The notes under the pieces were generated by a model. It saw only the letters and a list, made by a program, of their open reading frames with translations. It had not been told where the DNA came from and did not search any database. From NCBI GenBank assembly GCA_039794005.1, contig JBAMMA010000005.1:1-44524 (forward strand): a DNA stretch of 44,524 nucleotides. Reading direction: 5' to 3'. The position numbers were made by a program, and so were the translations under genes. Below, one piece after another: positions 29,312 to 38,590 of the stretch (position 1 is the first letter of the stretch; every line of letters starts with the position of its first letter). This stretch comes from Thermoplasmata archaeon (GTDB lineage Archaea > Thermoplasmatota > Thermoplasmata > Thermoplasmatales > ARK-15).

Positions 29312-30373
29312 TTATGGAATTATCTCAGTAGAATCCTCAGTTGGATCGTATCTCAATAGATCAATATCCAAGGAATTTTCATCAAATAAATCTTTAATTA
29401 CATCCTTCTTTGATAATATTATATCAATTGTTTTTTTAGTCAGATAGCAAATTTTTTTGAATCCATCATCCCCCCAGAATCTCTCCTTATATGAATAAAG
29501 ACATCTTCCTCCACAATATTTGAAATATTCACATTTTTCACATTCCAATCTTTCTGAATAATATTTAAACCCATTTTCCACATTTCCCAATATGTTCCAA
29601 GATTCATTTATTCCTATAGGACAAGCAAGAATTCTCCCATCACTATTTATTGTAAATGACCTCTTACCCGCACCGCATGGAATATGGTCATAATTTCTAA
29701 AATAGTATGAATTCAGGATACCTATAATTGGTATAATTTTTAATATTTTATTTTCCCTTAAATTCTCAATGAATAAATTCAACAATTTTTCAATCCCCGG
29801 TAAATAAGAATTCTCTGCCCATGAAATCACATCCCATTCTTCATCCCATATAACATCAAGTTGCCAATGAATTTTATCAAATAGATTCGTGTTTATTAAA
29901 TGAGTTACATTTTTATATATATCGTTATCCATCGTTATGGCCATTCTGGCTATTGTTTCTATGTTCATTGATTTCAAATATTTTGCAGAAGATATTACTT
30001 TATCATAAACACCAATACCCCTATGCCTATCGGTTATTTCTTTTTCTCCATCGATAGATAAAAGGACAAAGTCAAACTTATCCCAGAATTTTTCGTCAAA
30101 CAATTTTACCAGTGTTCCATTAGTTTGTATGCCTATTCTACTAATCCCAATATCATAGCTCAAAAATTCCCTGATAAATTTGTGGTTTAATAAAGGTTCC
30201 CCTCCATAGAATACTATTGTTTTCCTTTCATATTTTTTTATTATTTCTACCAATTTTTCAACATTGTATTTAATTTCATATGGTACAAAAAATTCATCAA
30301 ATGATCCACCACAGTAATCGCATTTCAAGTTGCATTTCCCTGTTGTTGTAATGATGAACAAAATGTTATCCAT
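29312..30373 (-). CDS. Radical SAM/SPASM protein (AF0577-like archaeal family)
   Basis: CNLKCDYC, YGGEPL, C-terminal Cys cluster CxxCxxxxxCGGRC, terminal TEIIP. Confidence 0.85.
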   Translation of the reverse strand: MDNILFIITTTGKCNLKCDYCGGSFDEFFVPYEIKYNVEKLVEIIKKYERKTIVFYGGEPLLNHKFIREFLSYDIGISRIGIQTNGTLVKLFDEKFWDKFDFVLLSIDGEKEITDRHRGIGVYDKVISSAKYLKSMNIETIARMAITMDNDIYKNVTHLINTNLFDKIHWQLDVIWDEEWDVISWAENSYLPGIEKLLNLFIENLRENKILKIIPIIGILNSYYFRNYDHIPCGAGKRSFTINSDGRILACPIGINESWNILGNVENGFKYYSERLECEKCEYFKYCGGRCLYSYKERFWGDDGFKKICYLTKKTIDIILSKKDVIKDLFDENSLDIDLLRYDPTEDSTEIIP

Positions 30374-30448
30374 AGTTAAAACATATTGAAATCAATATAT
30401 AACTTTTAAAGAAAAATTAATTTATTGATTTGCATAATCTAATAATGG

Positions 30449-30530
30449 GCGGGGGTCGCCTAGTGGTATGGCGACGGCCTGCTAAGCCGTTATCCGAAAG
30501 GATGCGAGGGTTCGAATCCCTCTCCCCGCG
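30449..30530 (+). tRNA. tRNA-Ser(GCU)
   Basis: Anticodon arm ACGGC-CTGCTAA-GCCGT, long variable arm ATCC-GAAA-GGAT, T-loop GGTTCGAATCC. Confidence 0.95.
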
Positions 30531-31397
30531 CTAATCGTTCAAATCTTTTATTGTCAGATAAATTGAAGATATGTCTTTTTCTCCAAGTCCTTTTACCATA
30601 GATACCTTATACATCTCATGTATTACAGATGTTGCTGGAAGTGTAATGTTCCTTGAATTTGAGAGATCTATTGCATATCTTAAATCTTTTGTAATATGTG
30701 AAAGCTTGAAAAATGGTTCGTAATAATCGTTTATAATATTATCCTTTTTAAAGTCCAATATTTTAGACCCCGCTGAACCTGATGATACAACGCTGTACAT
30801 TGTATCCCTTGTCAATCCAAAACTTTCTCCCAAGTTAAATTTTTCCGAAATGATTTCCATTGTACCTCCAAGTATTATGTTATTGACCATTTTCATTATC
30901 AGGCCATAACCATTTTTACCCATATAGAATATATTTTTCCCCAGACATTTCAAAATTTCCAGGGCATCATTGAAATCCTTTATTTCTCCTCCTACAACTA
31001 TGTTCAATTCTCTTCTCTCCGCATGAGGAACAGAACCAATGACAGGTGCATCAACATATCTGAATCCCAATGATTTCATTTTTTCTGCAACGTTCATGGA
31101 AAAGATTGGTGAAATTGTGCTCATGTCAATTATCAATATTTTATTCTTTGAATATGAAATTCCATCCTTTCCGAACAAAACATCATTAACGGCTTCGTTG
31201 TTTGAGACCATCATAATGACGATTTCAGATTTTTCGGCCACATCCCTTGGACTTTTCTCAACATGTGCCCCAAACTCTTTGAGTCTTTCAGCCTTTTCTA
31301 TGGTTCTATTATATGCAAAAACACTGTGGCCACATTTTAATAGATTTATAGACATCGGATACCCCATTTGGCCAATACCAATAAATCCCACGTTCAT
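30531..31397 (-). CDS. NAD(P)-dependent beta-hydroxyacid dehydrogenase (3-hydroxyisobutyrate DH family)
   Basis: GFIGIGQMG, DMSTISP, DAPVIG, KMVNN, KDL; start at ATG 31397 behind GGTGA. Confidence 0.92.
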   Translation of the reverse strand: MNVGFIGIGQMGYPMSINLLKCGHSVFAYNRTIEKAERLKEFGAHVEKSPRDVAEKSEIVIMMVSNNEAVNDVLFGKDGISYSKNKILIIDMSTISPIFSMNVAEKMKSLGFRYVDAPVIGSVPHAERRELNIVVGGEIKDFNDALEILKCLGKNIFYMGKNGYGLIMKMVNNIILGGTMEIISEKFNLGESFGLTRDTMYSVVSSGSAGSKILDFKKDNIINDYYEPFFKLSHITKDLRYAIDLSNSRNITLPATSVIHEMYKVSMVKGLGEKDISSIYLTIKDLND

Positions 31398-31401
31398 ATA
31401 T

Positions 31402-32157
31402 TCACCCAATATATCCCAGATCGTCGTTTTTAGATTTTTCCTCAACTTTTTCTGTCAATTTCTGTGCCAGATCATTCAAAGCCTTAACCTTTTGCTCGAG
31501 CTCACTCAGATCAATATTTTCTCCCAAATATTTTGATAAAACCTCTAAAACTGAAAGGGCACCCTTTGGATCGCTATAAAATCCGGGTGTCTCCCCCATT
31601 ATACAAACACCCTCCATATCAAAGAAATTCATTCCCAATCCGATTAAAAGTCCAGCAGCACCGATGATTCCGTTTGATGGTTCTCCCGATCCAAATATAA
31701 CACCATATTCCTTAAATTTTTTCACCAATTCAGTATTTGTTGATGCACCGAATACCCTAGGTTTATCGGGCATCTGTCCTGTTCCATAACCACCTAATGT
31801 TATTACCTCTCTAACTCCAAAGTTTTTAACAAACCTTAAAATCTCATATGACAATTCAAACTGCCCTTCATTGGACATTCCTTGATAATCTCCAATCAAA
31901 ACTATCAGGTCCCTTTTATTTTTTCTTTTTATATAATACAATTCATTTTTGACAAGGTAAATGGTTCCGTCTTCGTTAATCAATACCTGAGGTGGAAAAT
32001 ATTTTGAATATATCTCCGCAAACTTAACGGCCTTTGATTTAAGCACAAAATAATCTGCAGCAATCTTTCCAACATTTCCTACTCCGGGTAAACCCTCAAT
32101 CAATATCGGATCTTTTAACCTGGGATTCTTTAAAATTTTTATCAAGACATTATCCAT
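31402..32157 (-). CDS. Proteasome assembly chaperone family protein (PAC2)
   Basis: EGLPGVGNVGK, FPPQV, MGETPG...DPK; conserved position after nop10. Confidence 0.92.
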   Translation of the reverse strand: MDNVLIKILKNPRLKDPILIEGLPGVGNVGKIAADYFVLKSKAVKFAEIYSKYFPPQVLINEDGTIYLVKNELYYIKRKNKRDLIVLIGDYQGMSNEGQFELSYEILRFVKNFGVREVITLGGYGTGQMPDKPRVFGASTNTELVKKFKEYGVIFGSGEPSNGIIGAAGLLIGLGMNFFDMEGVCIMGETPGFYSDPKGALSVLEVLSKYLGENIDLSELEQKVKALNDLAQKLTEKVEEKSKNDDLGYIG

Positions 32158-32320
32158 TTTCCATCACCATTTTTTTGTAAATTCTCCTATATTTTCCATA
32201 TTTATCTTCCAATGAAAATTTAGGAGGATATACATAGACAGTTTCCTCCCCACACTTTGGACATTTATCCTTTAAAGTATATATATTACATTTAAGGCAT
32301 TTTCTCATAATTGATTTCAA
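32150..32320 (-). CDS. nop10: H/ACA RNP protein Nop10 (absent from ORF track)
   Basis: Manual translation from TTG behind GGAGG: MKSIMRKCLKCNIYTLKDKCPKCGEETVYVYPPKFSLEDKYGKYRR...; canonical synteny. Confidence 0.95.
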   Translation of the reverse strand: MKSIMRKCLKCNIYTLKDKCPKCGEETVYVYPPKFSLEDKYGKYRRIYKKMVMENG

Positions 32321-32324
32321 TATA

Positions 32325-33089
32325 TTAGCCCTCCTTTCCTATAAATTCAGCCATTCCATTCTTCTTTTTTACTGTTTCAATTATTATTTCTACCGCCTTT
32401 CTTAATTTATCCTCAGCTTCCTTATAATCCTTTGCCTCAACATCGATCCTATATCTTGGAGCACCGACATAGTGTATGTATACTCCATTATTTGGATCAT
32501 GAGCTTTTAATAGAGCCTCCTTTATATGGTCTATGGCATTTCTATCATATGATATAATTTCAACGTATCCGCTCACCTTAACTTTTACAGGCTCTATATT
32601 TTCTTTTGCAACCTCTATAAATTTCTCAACCCATTCACCAGAATGGTTCTCTCTGAATTTATCCTCAAAATTTACAGCATATTCAAATGCTCCATATAAA
32701 GTTTCATATTCTTCCTCAAGTTCATTTACTATCTTCTCAATATTTGTTTTCTTTTTAATCCTTTCTTTAAATATTTCAAGCAATTTCATTGCCTTCTGTT
32801 CATTCTTCCACTCTTGTATCTTTTCCCTCTTTTGGTGTTCATTTACCTTTTTCAATGATAGATCTATATGCCCCTTTTCTTTATTTACATCGATTACTTG
32901 GCAAACTATTTTTTGTCCTTCTCTAACATAATCCCTAATATACTTTACCCAACCTGAGGCTATTTCGCTAATATGTATAAAACCCTTTTTACCAGGGTAT
33001 TCATCCAGGCTGACCGTTACCCCATAATCATGCACAATTTCGACTGTACAAACGACGAGATCCCCAACTTCAGGATAATCTCTCCTCAT
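32325..33089 (-). CDS. eif2a: Translation initiation factor 2 alpha subunit
   Basis: S1 domain FIHISEIASGWVK, IDLSLK, YVGAPRYRI. Confidence 0.96.
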   Translation of the reverse strand: MRRDYPEVGDLVVCTVEIVHDYGVTVSLDEYPGKKGFIHISEIASGWVKYIRDYVREGQKIVCQVIDVNKEKGHIDLSLKKVNEHQKREKIQEWKNEQKAMKLLEIFKERIKKKTNIEKIVNELEEEYETLYGAFEYAVNFEDKFRENHSGEWVEKFIEVAKENIEPVKVKVSGYVEIISYDRNAIDHIKEALLKAHDPNNGVYIHYVGAPRYRIDVEAKDYKEAEDKLRKAVEIIIETVKKKNGMAEFIGKEG

Positions 33090-33283
33090 TCAAAAGTCCC
33101 CGTGATCTCTCCTCTTATTAAATATTTTCCTCCGGTTGGTATTGCAAGCGTAGAGCCACATACACTGCATTTTACTTCGGTTGATCCTCTTACATATGTT
33201 ATTTCCTCATTCCCACAATCTGGGCATTTTATCTTTATGAATTTCTTTTCATTTCCCTTTATGGGTTTAAAATCTTTATTCAT
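33086..33283 (-). CDS. rps27e: 30S ribosomal protein S27e
   Basis: [12 protein letters not shown]...CSVCG...PTGGK. Confidence 0.95.
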   Translation of the reverse strand: MNKDFKPIKGNEKKFIKIKCPDCGNEEITYVRGSTEVKCSVCGSTLAIPTGGKYLIRGEITGTFE

Positions 33284-33567
33284 TTCTCCACCTCCACGAG
33301 TTCAAACTTTTTAGCGCGCCACATTGGAACTGTGTGTGCCCTCTTACAAACTGTGCACCTGTACCTTATATTAATCCTCTTTGTTGGCTTTTCCCTACCT
33401 TCAAATTTTGGCCTTGGGAAACCTCCATATCCGGCAGTTGCCCTTCTAAACCTTCTCTGACCCCATTTTAGTTCGCTTGCTTTTCTTTTCTTTACCCTTT
33501 CTATCTCGTGTATTGTGTGCCTTTTACAATATGGACAATATCTTTTAACCTTTGTAGGCATTTTCAT
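33280..33567 (-). CDS. rpl44e: 50S ribosomal protein L44e
   Basis: [18 protein letters not shown]...CTVC. Confidence 0.95.
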   Translation of the reverse strand: MKMPTKVKRYCPYCKRHTIHEIERVKKRKASELKWGQRRFRRATAGYGGFPRPKFEGREKPTKRINIRYRCTVCKRAHTVPMWRAKKFELVEVEK

Positions 33568-33672
33568 ATCTAACACACCTTTTTAATGCAATTTTAATTA
33601 GTTAATAATTCTTTTTATTTAAAATTTTATTAAAAACGAATTTTTATATATATAAATTTAGATTCATACAAT

Positions 33673-33981
33673 ATGGAATCAGGATCTTCCAATACTCCTG
33701 GAATGTTTGAATTGATATTTTCAGGGACAAGACCTATCACATATATATTCATATCATTTATAATAATGTGGCTTGGAATAATCTTTGAAAACATATCCAT
33801 GTTGACTCAAAATAACCAGGTAATCCTTTCAATAGGATATATATTCTATACATTTGGGATTATGATATTTTCATTCTTTTTAATTGGTCTGGCATTGCTG
33901 AGGAACGATCTAGACAAGCTAATAAGGGTATTCCTGATAATAGCAATGATATCATTGATATACATAGGTTTTAAAATATAA
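33673..33981 (+). CDS. Small membrane protein
   Basis: Three hydrophobic segments. Confidence 0.7.
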   Translation: MESGSSNTPGMFELIFSGTRPITYIFISFIIMWLGIIFENISMLTQNNQVILSIGYIFYTFGIMIFSFFLIGLALLRNDLDKLIRVFLIIAMISLIYIGFKI

Positions 33982-33990
33982 AATAAAAAT

Positions 33991-34317
33991 TTATATTGTA
34001 TTTATTTTTATATTATTTTCAGAAAAAATAAATTCATACATTTTTCCAACGTCGAAATTTATACCCAGTTCTAAATATTCATACTGATATATAATCCAAG
34101 TAAAAGTATATTGCATATTTGCAATCTGCTGAATATTCTGGAACATCTGTGTAACAAAGTTATCAGGCATACCCATCATGTTGAAGGCATTTTTTATCTC
34201 GGGACTAAGTATTACCTTTGAATCTCCAGCTTGATTGTTTACAATTTGGAATGTAAGCATTCTTGCTTCATTTCCAAAAACGTTGATCAGAGACATACCT
34301 ACAAGTTTAACAATCAT
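33991..34317 (-). CDS. Hypothetical protein, arcadin-1-like
   Basis: Start re-placed to ATG 34317; C-terminal TWIIYQYEYLELGINFDVGKMYEFIFSENNIKI pattern recalled from arcadin-1. Confidence 0.55.
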   Translation of the reverse strand: MIVKLVGMSLINVFGNEARMLTFQIVNNQAGDSKVILSPEIKNAFNMMGMPDNFVTQMFQNIQQIANMQYTFTWIIYQYEYLELGINFDVGKMYEFIFSENNIKINTI

Positions 34318-34403
34318 AATTTTTAATATGAATATGTAGATAAATAATTTTTCAATATTTTTGGAAAATTTTATATTTAATGAAAATTTAAAATTAAAAC
34401 AAA

Positions 34404-35459
34404 ATGATATATTTAGAAAAGGATTCAATTTCTAACAAAGAGTTGCCCGAAGGATGTAAACTGTGTAGGGAGGGTGCCAAGCTTGTATTATTTGTTACAG
34501 GTCTGTGTAATTTTAGATGCTTTTATTGTCCTTTAAGCAGTGCCAAAAAGAATAAGGATGTCATATATGCCGATGAGAGGCCTGTAATTAATGAGATGGA
34601 TGTAATTGAAGAAGCGATCTTAATAGATTCAAAGGGTGCTGGAATTACAGGAGGAGATCCATTGAATGTTATTGAAAGAACAGCTCATTACATAAAATTT
34701 TTAAAAGAATACTTTGGAGATAATTACCATATACATCTATACACGGCTACTGCAGATATAAATAAAGTTAAGGTTCTTTCTGATGCGGGTCTTGATGAGA
34801 TTAGATTTCACATTCCCGTGAGTTTATGGAAAAAATTGAAAGGATCGAAGTATGAGGATGTTATAAAATTTTCAAAAGACTATATGAAAACAGGTATAGA
34901 AGTTCCTGTCCTTCCGGATAAAAGGGATGAATTGTTGAAGTTGATCAGGGATTCAGAGGAATTGGGTGTTGATTTTATCAACTTAAATGAATTGGAATTT
35001 TCAGAGACAAATTATGAAAGCTTAAGGATACATAAATACAGGCCAAAGTCATACATTAGCAGTGGTGTGTTTGGAAGTCAATCATTAGCGAGGAAAATCA
35101 TAACCGAGAATGAATTTTCTATAACAGTTCATTACTGTTCAGCGGCATTTAAAGATGCGGTTCAATTGAAAAATAGAATAAAAAGGAGAGCAAAAAACGT
35201 TGCCAAAAAGTATGAGATTATAACGAAAGATGGAACATTGTTCTTTGGAACATTGGAATGTGAGGATATAGAGAGCGTAATTGAAATATTGAATGATTTA
35301 GGAGTACCTGAAGATCTCTATGAATATGATGATGCAAAGCACAGGATAAACATAGCTCCGTGGTTGATAGAAGATCTAGAATTGAAAGGATGTAAAAAGT
35401 ATTTAATAGAGGAATACCCAACATATGATCGACTCGAAGTGGAGAGAACACCTATATAA
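34404..35459 (+). CDS. Radical SAM protein (uncharacterised conserved archaeal family)
   Basis: LPEGCKLC, CNFRCFYC, ITGGDP, LDEIRFH, NLNELE. Confidence 0.88.
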   Translation: MIYLEKDSISNKELPEGCKLCREGAKLVLFVTGLCNFRCFYCPLSSAKKNKDVIYADERPVINEMDVIEEAILIDSKGAGITGGDPLNVIERTAHYIKFLKEYFGDNYHIHLYTATADINKVKVLSDAGLDEIRFHIPVSLWKKLKGSKYEDVIKFSKDYMKTGIEVPVLPDKRDELLKLIRDSEELGVDFINLNELEFSETNYESLRIHKYRPKSYISSGVFGSQSLARKIITENEFSITVHYCSAAFKDAVQLKNRIKRRAKNVAKKYEIITKDGTLFFGTLECEDIESVIEILNDLGVPEDLYEYDDAKHRINIAPWLIEDLELKGCKKYLIEEYPTYDRLEVERTPI

Positions 35460-35490
35460 AAATAATAAATATTTCATGTTTTTATCTTAA

Positions 35491-36918
35491 TTGATGAAAG
35501 ATTTAAGGGATGCAATAAAGGAATTGAGATCGAATGGAAAATTAATTGAAATCAATGATGAATTATCTGTTGAATTAGAGATTTCAAATTTTACAAATGA
35601 GGTTCAAAAAAGAAACGGTCCAGCACTGTTGTTCACTAATCCAAAAGGATATAAAAATCCAGTTTTAATGAATATATTTGGAAACATGGAATTGCTTGAA
35701 ATTTCCCTCGGCAAAACCGTAGATGAGATTATAAGTATTTTCAATGAAATCACAGGCATTTTGAATGAAAGACCATCCATTTTCAAGGGTCTTGAAACAT
35801 TTAAAAGATTCAAAAACATGGAATTGGATATAAAAAGCAATGGCCCGGTTAAGGAATTTTACAATGATATATCTCTGGATGATATACCAATATTAAAAAC
35901 CTGGCCGGGAGATGCCGGTAAATACATAACTTTCCCCGTTGTGATTACAAAGGATCCTGAAACTGGAAAATATAATGCCGGAGTATACAGGATGCAGGTA
36001 TTCGATGGTGAAACTACTGCCATACATTGGCAAACGCAAAAAACGGGCATGTCACATATGATGAAAGCAAAAAAGATGAATGAGAATCTAGATGTTGCGG
36101 TCGCGATAGGTGTTCATCCTGCAATTTTATTCTCATCCATATTACCGTTGCCAGAAAATATCTATGAATTGAACTTCGCTGGATTGTTGATGGATCAAAA
36201 CGTTCAAGTCGTAAAAGGCGAAACTGTGGATTTATACTATCCTTCAAATGCAGAAATAGTACTGGAAGGTTATGTTGATCCATCTGAATCAAGGGATGAA
36301 GGTCCATTTGGAGATCATACGGGATATTATACTCCTGTTGAAAAATTCCCAGTATTACATATTAAAAGGATATATCATAGAAAGGATTACATTTACCATG
36401 CAACGGTTGTAGGAAAATTATGGAATGAAGACGTTGTTATAGGTAACGTAATAAATGAAATGTTTAAGCCCATAATAAAAATGATCTTTCCTGAAATTGT
36501 AGACATATATCTTCCAGAGGAAGGATTATTTAATTTCATGGTAGCAGTTTCCATAAGGAAAAGTTATCCGGGTCAAGGCAGAAAGGTAGGTTATGGAATA
36601 TTGTCTTTAGGGCAAATGATGTTTACAAAATATGTAATTGTAGTGGATGATGATATAAACATAAGGGACAGGAAAGAATTGATATGGGCAATAATGACCA
36701 GGACGGATCCATACAGGGATGTGGAAATAATAAAAAACGGACCCAGTGATTCATTGGACCACGCTTCAATGTACAGAGATTCCGGTGGAAAGATGATTAT
36801 TGATGCAACAAAAAAGCTAGAAAATGAAGGTTACAATAGAACATGGCCAGAAAAGATTGAGTATACCGAAAATGAAAATATTATTAATATGATTAAAAAA
36901 TATGGTATTTTGAAATGA
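35491..36918 (+). CDS. ubiD: UbiD-family decarboxylase (menaquinone biosynthesis-type)
   Basis: NAGVYRMQ, EIVLEG, EGPFGDHTGYY, DATKK. Confidence 0.92.
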   Translation: MMKDLRDAIKELRSNGKLIEINDELSVELEISNFTNEVQKRNGPALLFTNPKGYKNPVLMNIFGNMELLEISLGKTVDEIISIFNEITGILNERPSIFKGLETFKRFKNMELDIKSNGPVKEFYNDISLDDIPILKTWPGDAGKYITFPVVITKDPETGKYNAGVYRMQVFDGETTAIHWQTQKTGMSHMMKAKKMNENLDVAVAIGVHPAILFSSILPLPENIYELNFAGLLMDQNVQVVKGETVDLYYPSNAEIVLEGYVDPSESRDEGPFGDHTGYYTPVEKFPVLHIKRIYHRKDYIYHATVVGKLWNEDVVIGNVINEMFKPIIKMIFPEIVDIYLPEEGLFNFMVAVSIRKSYPGQGRKVGYGILSLGQMMFTKYVIVVDDDINIRDRKELIWAIMTRTDPYRDVEIIKNGPSDSLDHASMYRDSGGKMIIDATKKLENEGYNRTWPEKIEYTENENIINMIKKYGILK

Positions 36919-37736
36919 ACGTAAAAAAATATTTAAATTTCATAAAGATAGAACATACGGTATTTGATCTTCCATTTGCATATGCCGGAATGTTACTTGC
37001 GAATTATTTTAATCTGAAGATAATAATATTATTGGGAATTGCTTCCACTGCAGCCAGAATATCTGGAATGGTAATTAACAGAATCGTTGATCTCCCACTT
37101 GACAGAGAAAATCCCAGGACTCAGAAGAGGGAGTTAGTAACAGGAGAAATATCACCAAGGAAGGCATGGTCGATTTTTTTTATATCAACAACAATTTTTA
37201 TAATTTCATCATTTTTACTTAATTTTTTGGCCTTTATATTTTCTCCAATCTTAATATTGTTATTTTATTTATACCCAATTACAAAGAGGCATAAAATCAT
37301 ATCCCATATTTTCCTGGGATTTTCGATAGGTATTATTGTTATAGGTGGTTATATAGGCACAAAGGGAATATTTCCAACAAACATTTTAGTATGGTTATTG
37401 ACGATTTCAGTATCATTTTGGATATCTTCATTTGACATAATATATCAAAACCAGGACAGGGATTTTGATAAATATCACGGGATTAAATCAATTCCAGTAT
37501 TGTACCCAAATAGGGTGAAAGAATTTGTATTTCTTTTCTATTTAATTTCACTTTTATTTTTGTCTGTTTTTTATTATTTAATTGGTCTCCCATATTTATT
37601 ATTCATAATACCCATAGCCTTTTTATATTTTTACAGAATAAAATACATAGATAAAAGGGATGTTGATTTTATTTTCAGATTTGACATTCCAATACCCTTT
37701 ATTATTTTATTATCTCTCATTATCAAATTCATATAA
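36915..37736 (+). CDS. ubiA: UbiA-family polyprenyltransferase
   Basis: IKIEHTVFDLPF, NRIVDLPLDRENPRT, FDIIYQNQD. Confidence 0.9.
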   Translation: MNVKKYLNFIKIEHTVFDLPFAYAGMLLANYFNLKIIILLGIASTAARISGMVINRIVDLPLDRENPRTQKRELVTGEISPRKAWSIFFISTTIFIISSFLLNFLAFIFSPILILLFYLYPITKRHKIISHIFLGFSIGIIVIGGYIGTKGIFPTNILVWLLTISVSFWISSFDIIYQNQDRDFDKYHGIKSIPVLYPNRVKEFVFLFYLISLLFLSVFYYLIGLPYLLFIIPIAFLYFYRIKYIDKRDVDFIFRFDIPIPFIILLSLIIKFI

Positions 37737-37805
37737 AATCATTTGGCAAAAAATAAAATATATAATCTATTTAACATTATAGTTAAAAATTGGGAGTTGA
37801 TAAAG

Positions 37806-38576
37806 ATGAAAGATGGTGAAATAATCAGGCTAGATTATACAATCTGGTACGTTGAGAATGGTAAGGAGGAGATATATGATACTACATTGGAACAGGTAGC
37901 AAAAGATAATGGTATTCATGACCCAAATAAGAGATACGCTCCAGAAGTCATTATATTGGGAAAGAATATGATACTGGAGGAATTGGAGAAAAAGATAAGG
38001 GAATCGGAAATAAATAAAGAATATGATTTGTATCTTGAACCTGCTCAAGCTTATGGAGAGAGAAAACCAGAGTTATTGAAAATACATTCATGGAAAGAAT
38101 TTGATAGAAATAAGATCGTCCCCGAGGTAGGAAAATATATAACCCTGAATGGTAATAGGGGGAAGGTAGTATCAGTTAGCCCAGGCAGGATACTTGTGGA
38201 TTATAACCATCCTCTGGCGGGAAAAAAGATTCACTACAAATATATAATAAGGGAAATAGTGGATGGGATTGAAAATAAAACAAGGGCTATGATAGAATTG
38301 GGTTATAATAAAGATATTGACAAATTCAAGATAAATATTTACGACGATAAAATGGAGATTATAGTTCCAGACTCATGCAAGTATGGTGGAGACTGGACAT
38401 TGGCCAAATTTTACATCATTGGTTTCATAAGGGACTTCTATGATAAGCCAATAAATATCGTAGAAATATACAATCCTCCTGAAAAGAAAGAGGAAAATGA
38501 AAAGAAAGAAGAAAACAAGGTCGAAAATCAAGAAGAAAAGAAACCAGAAGAAAAAGCTGAAGAAAATAAAAATTAA
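37806..38576 (+). CDS. Long-type FKBP peptidyl-prolyl isomerase
   Basis: DYT...YDTT, AYGER, VDYNHPLAGK; charged tail; start at ATG 37806. Confidence 0.92.
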   Translation: MKDGEIIRLDYTIWYVENGKEEIYDTTLEQVAKDNGIHDPNKRYAPEVIILGKNMILEELEKKIRESEINKEYDLYLEPAQAYGERKPELLKIHSWKEFDRNKIVPEVGKYITLNGNRGKVVSVSPGRILVDYNHPLAGKKIHYKYIIREIVDGIENKTRAMIELGYNKDIDKFKINIYDDKMEIIVPDSCKYGGDWTLAKFYIIGFIRDFYDKPINIVEIYNPPEKKEENEKKEENKVENQEEKKPEEKAEENKN

Positions 38577-38590
38577 AATTTTAAAAATTT

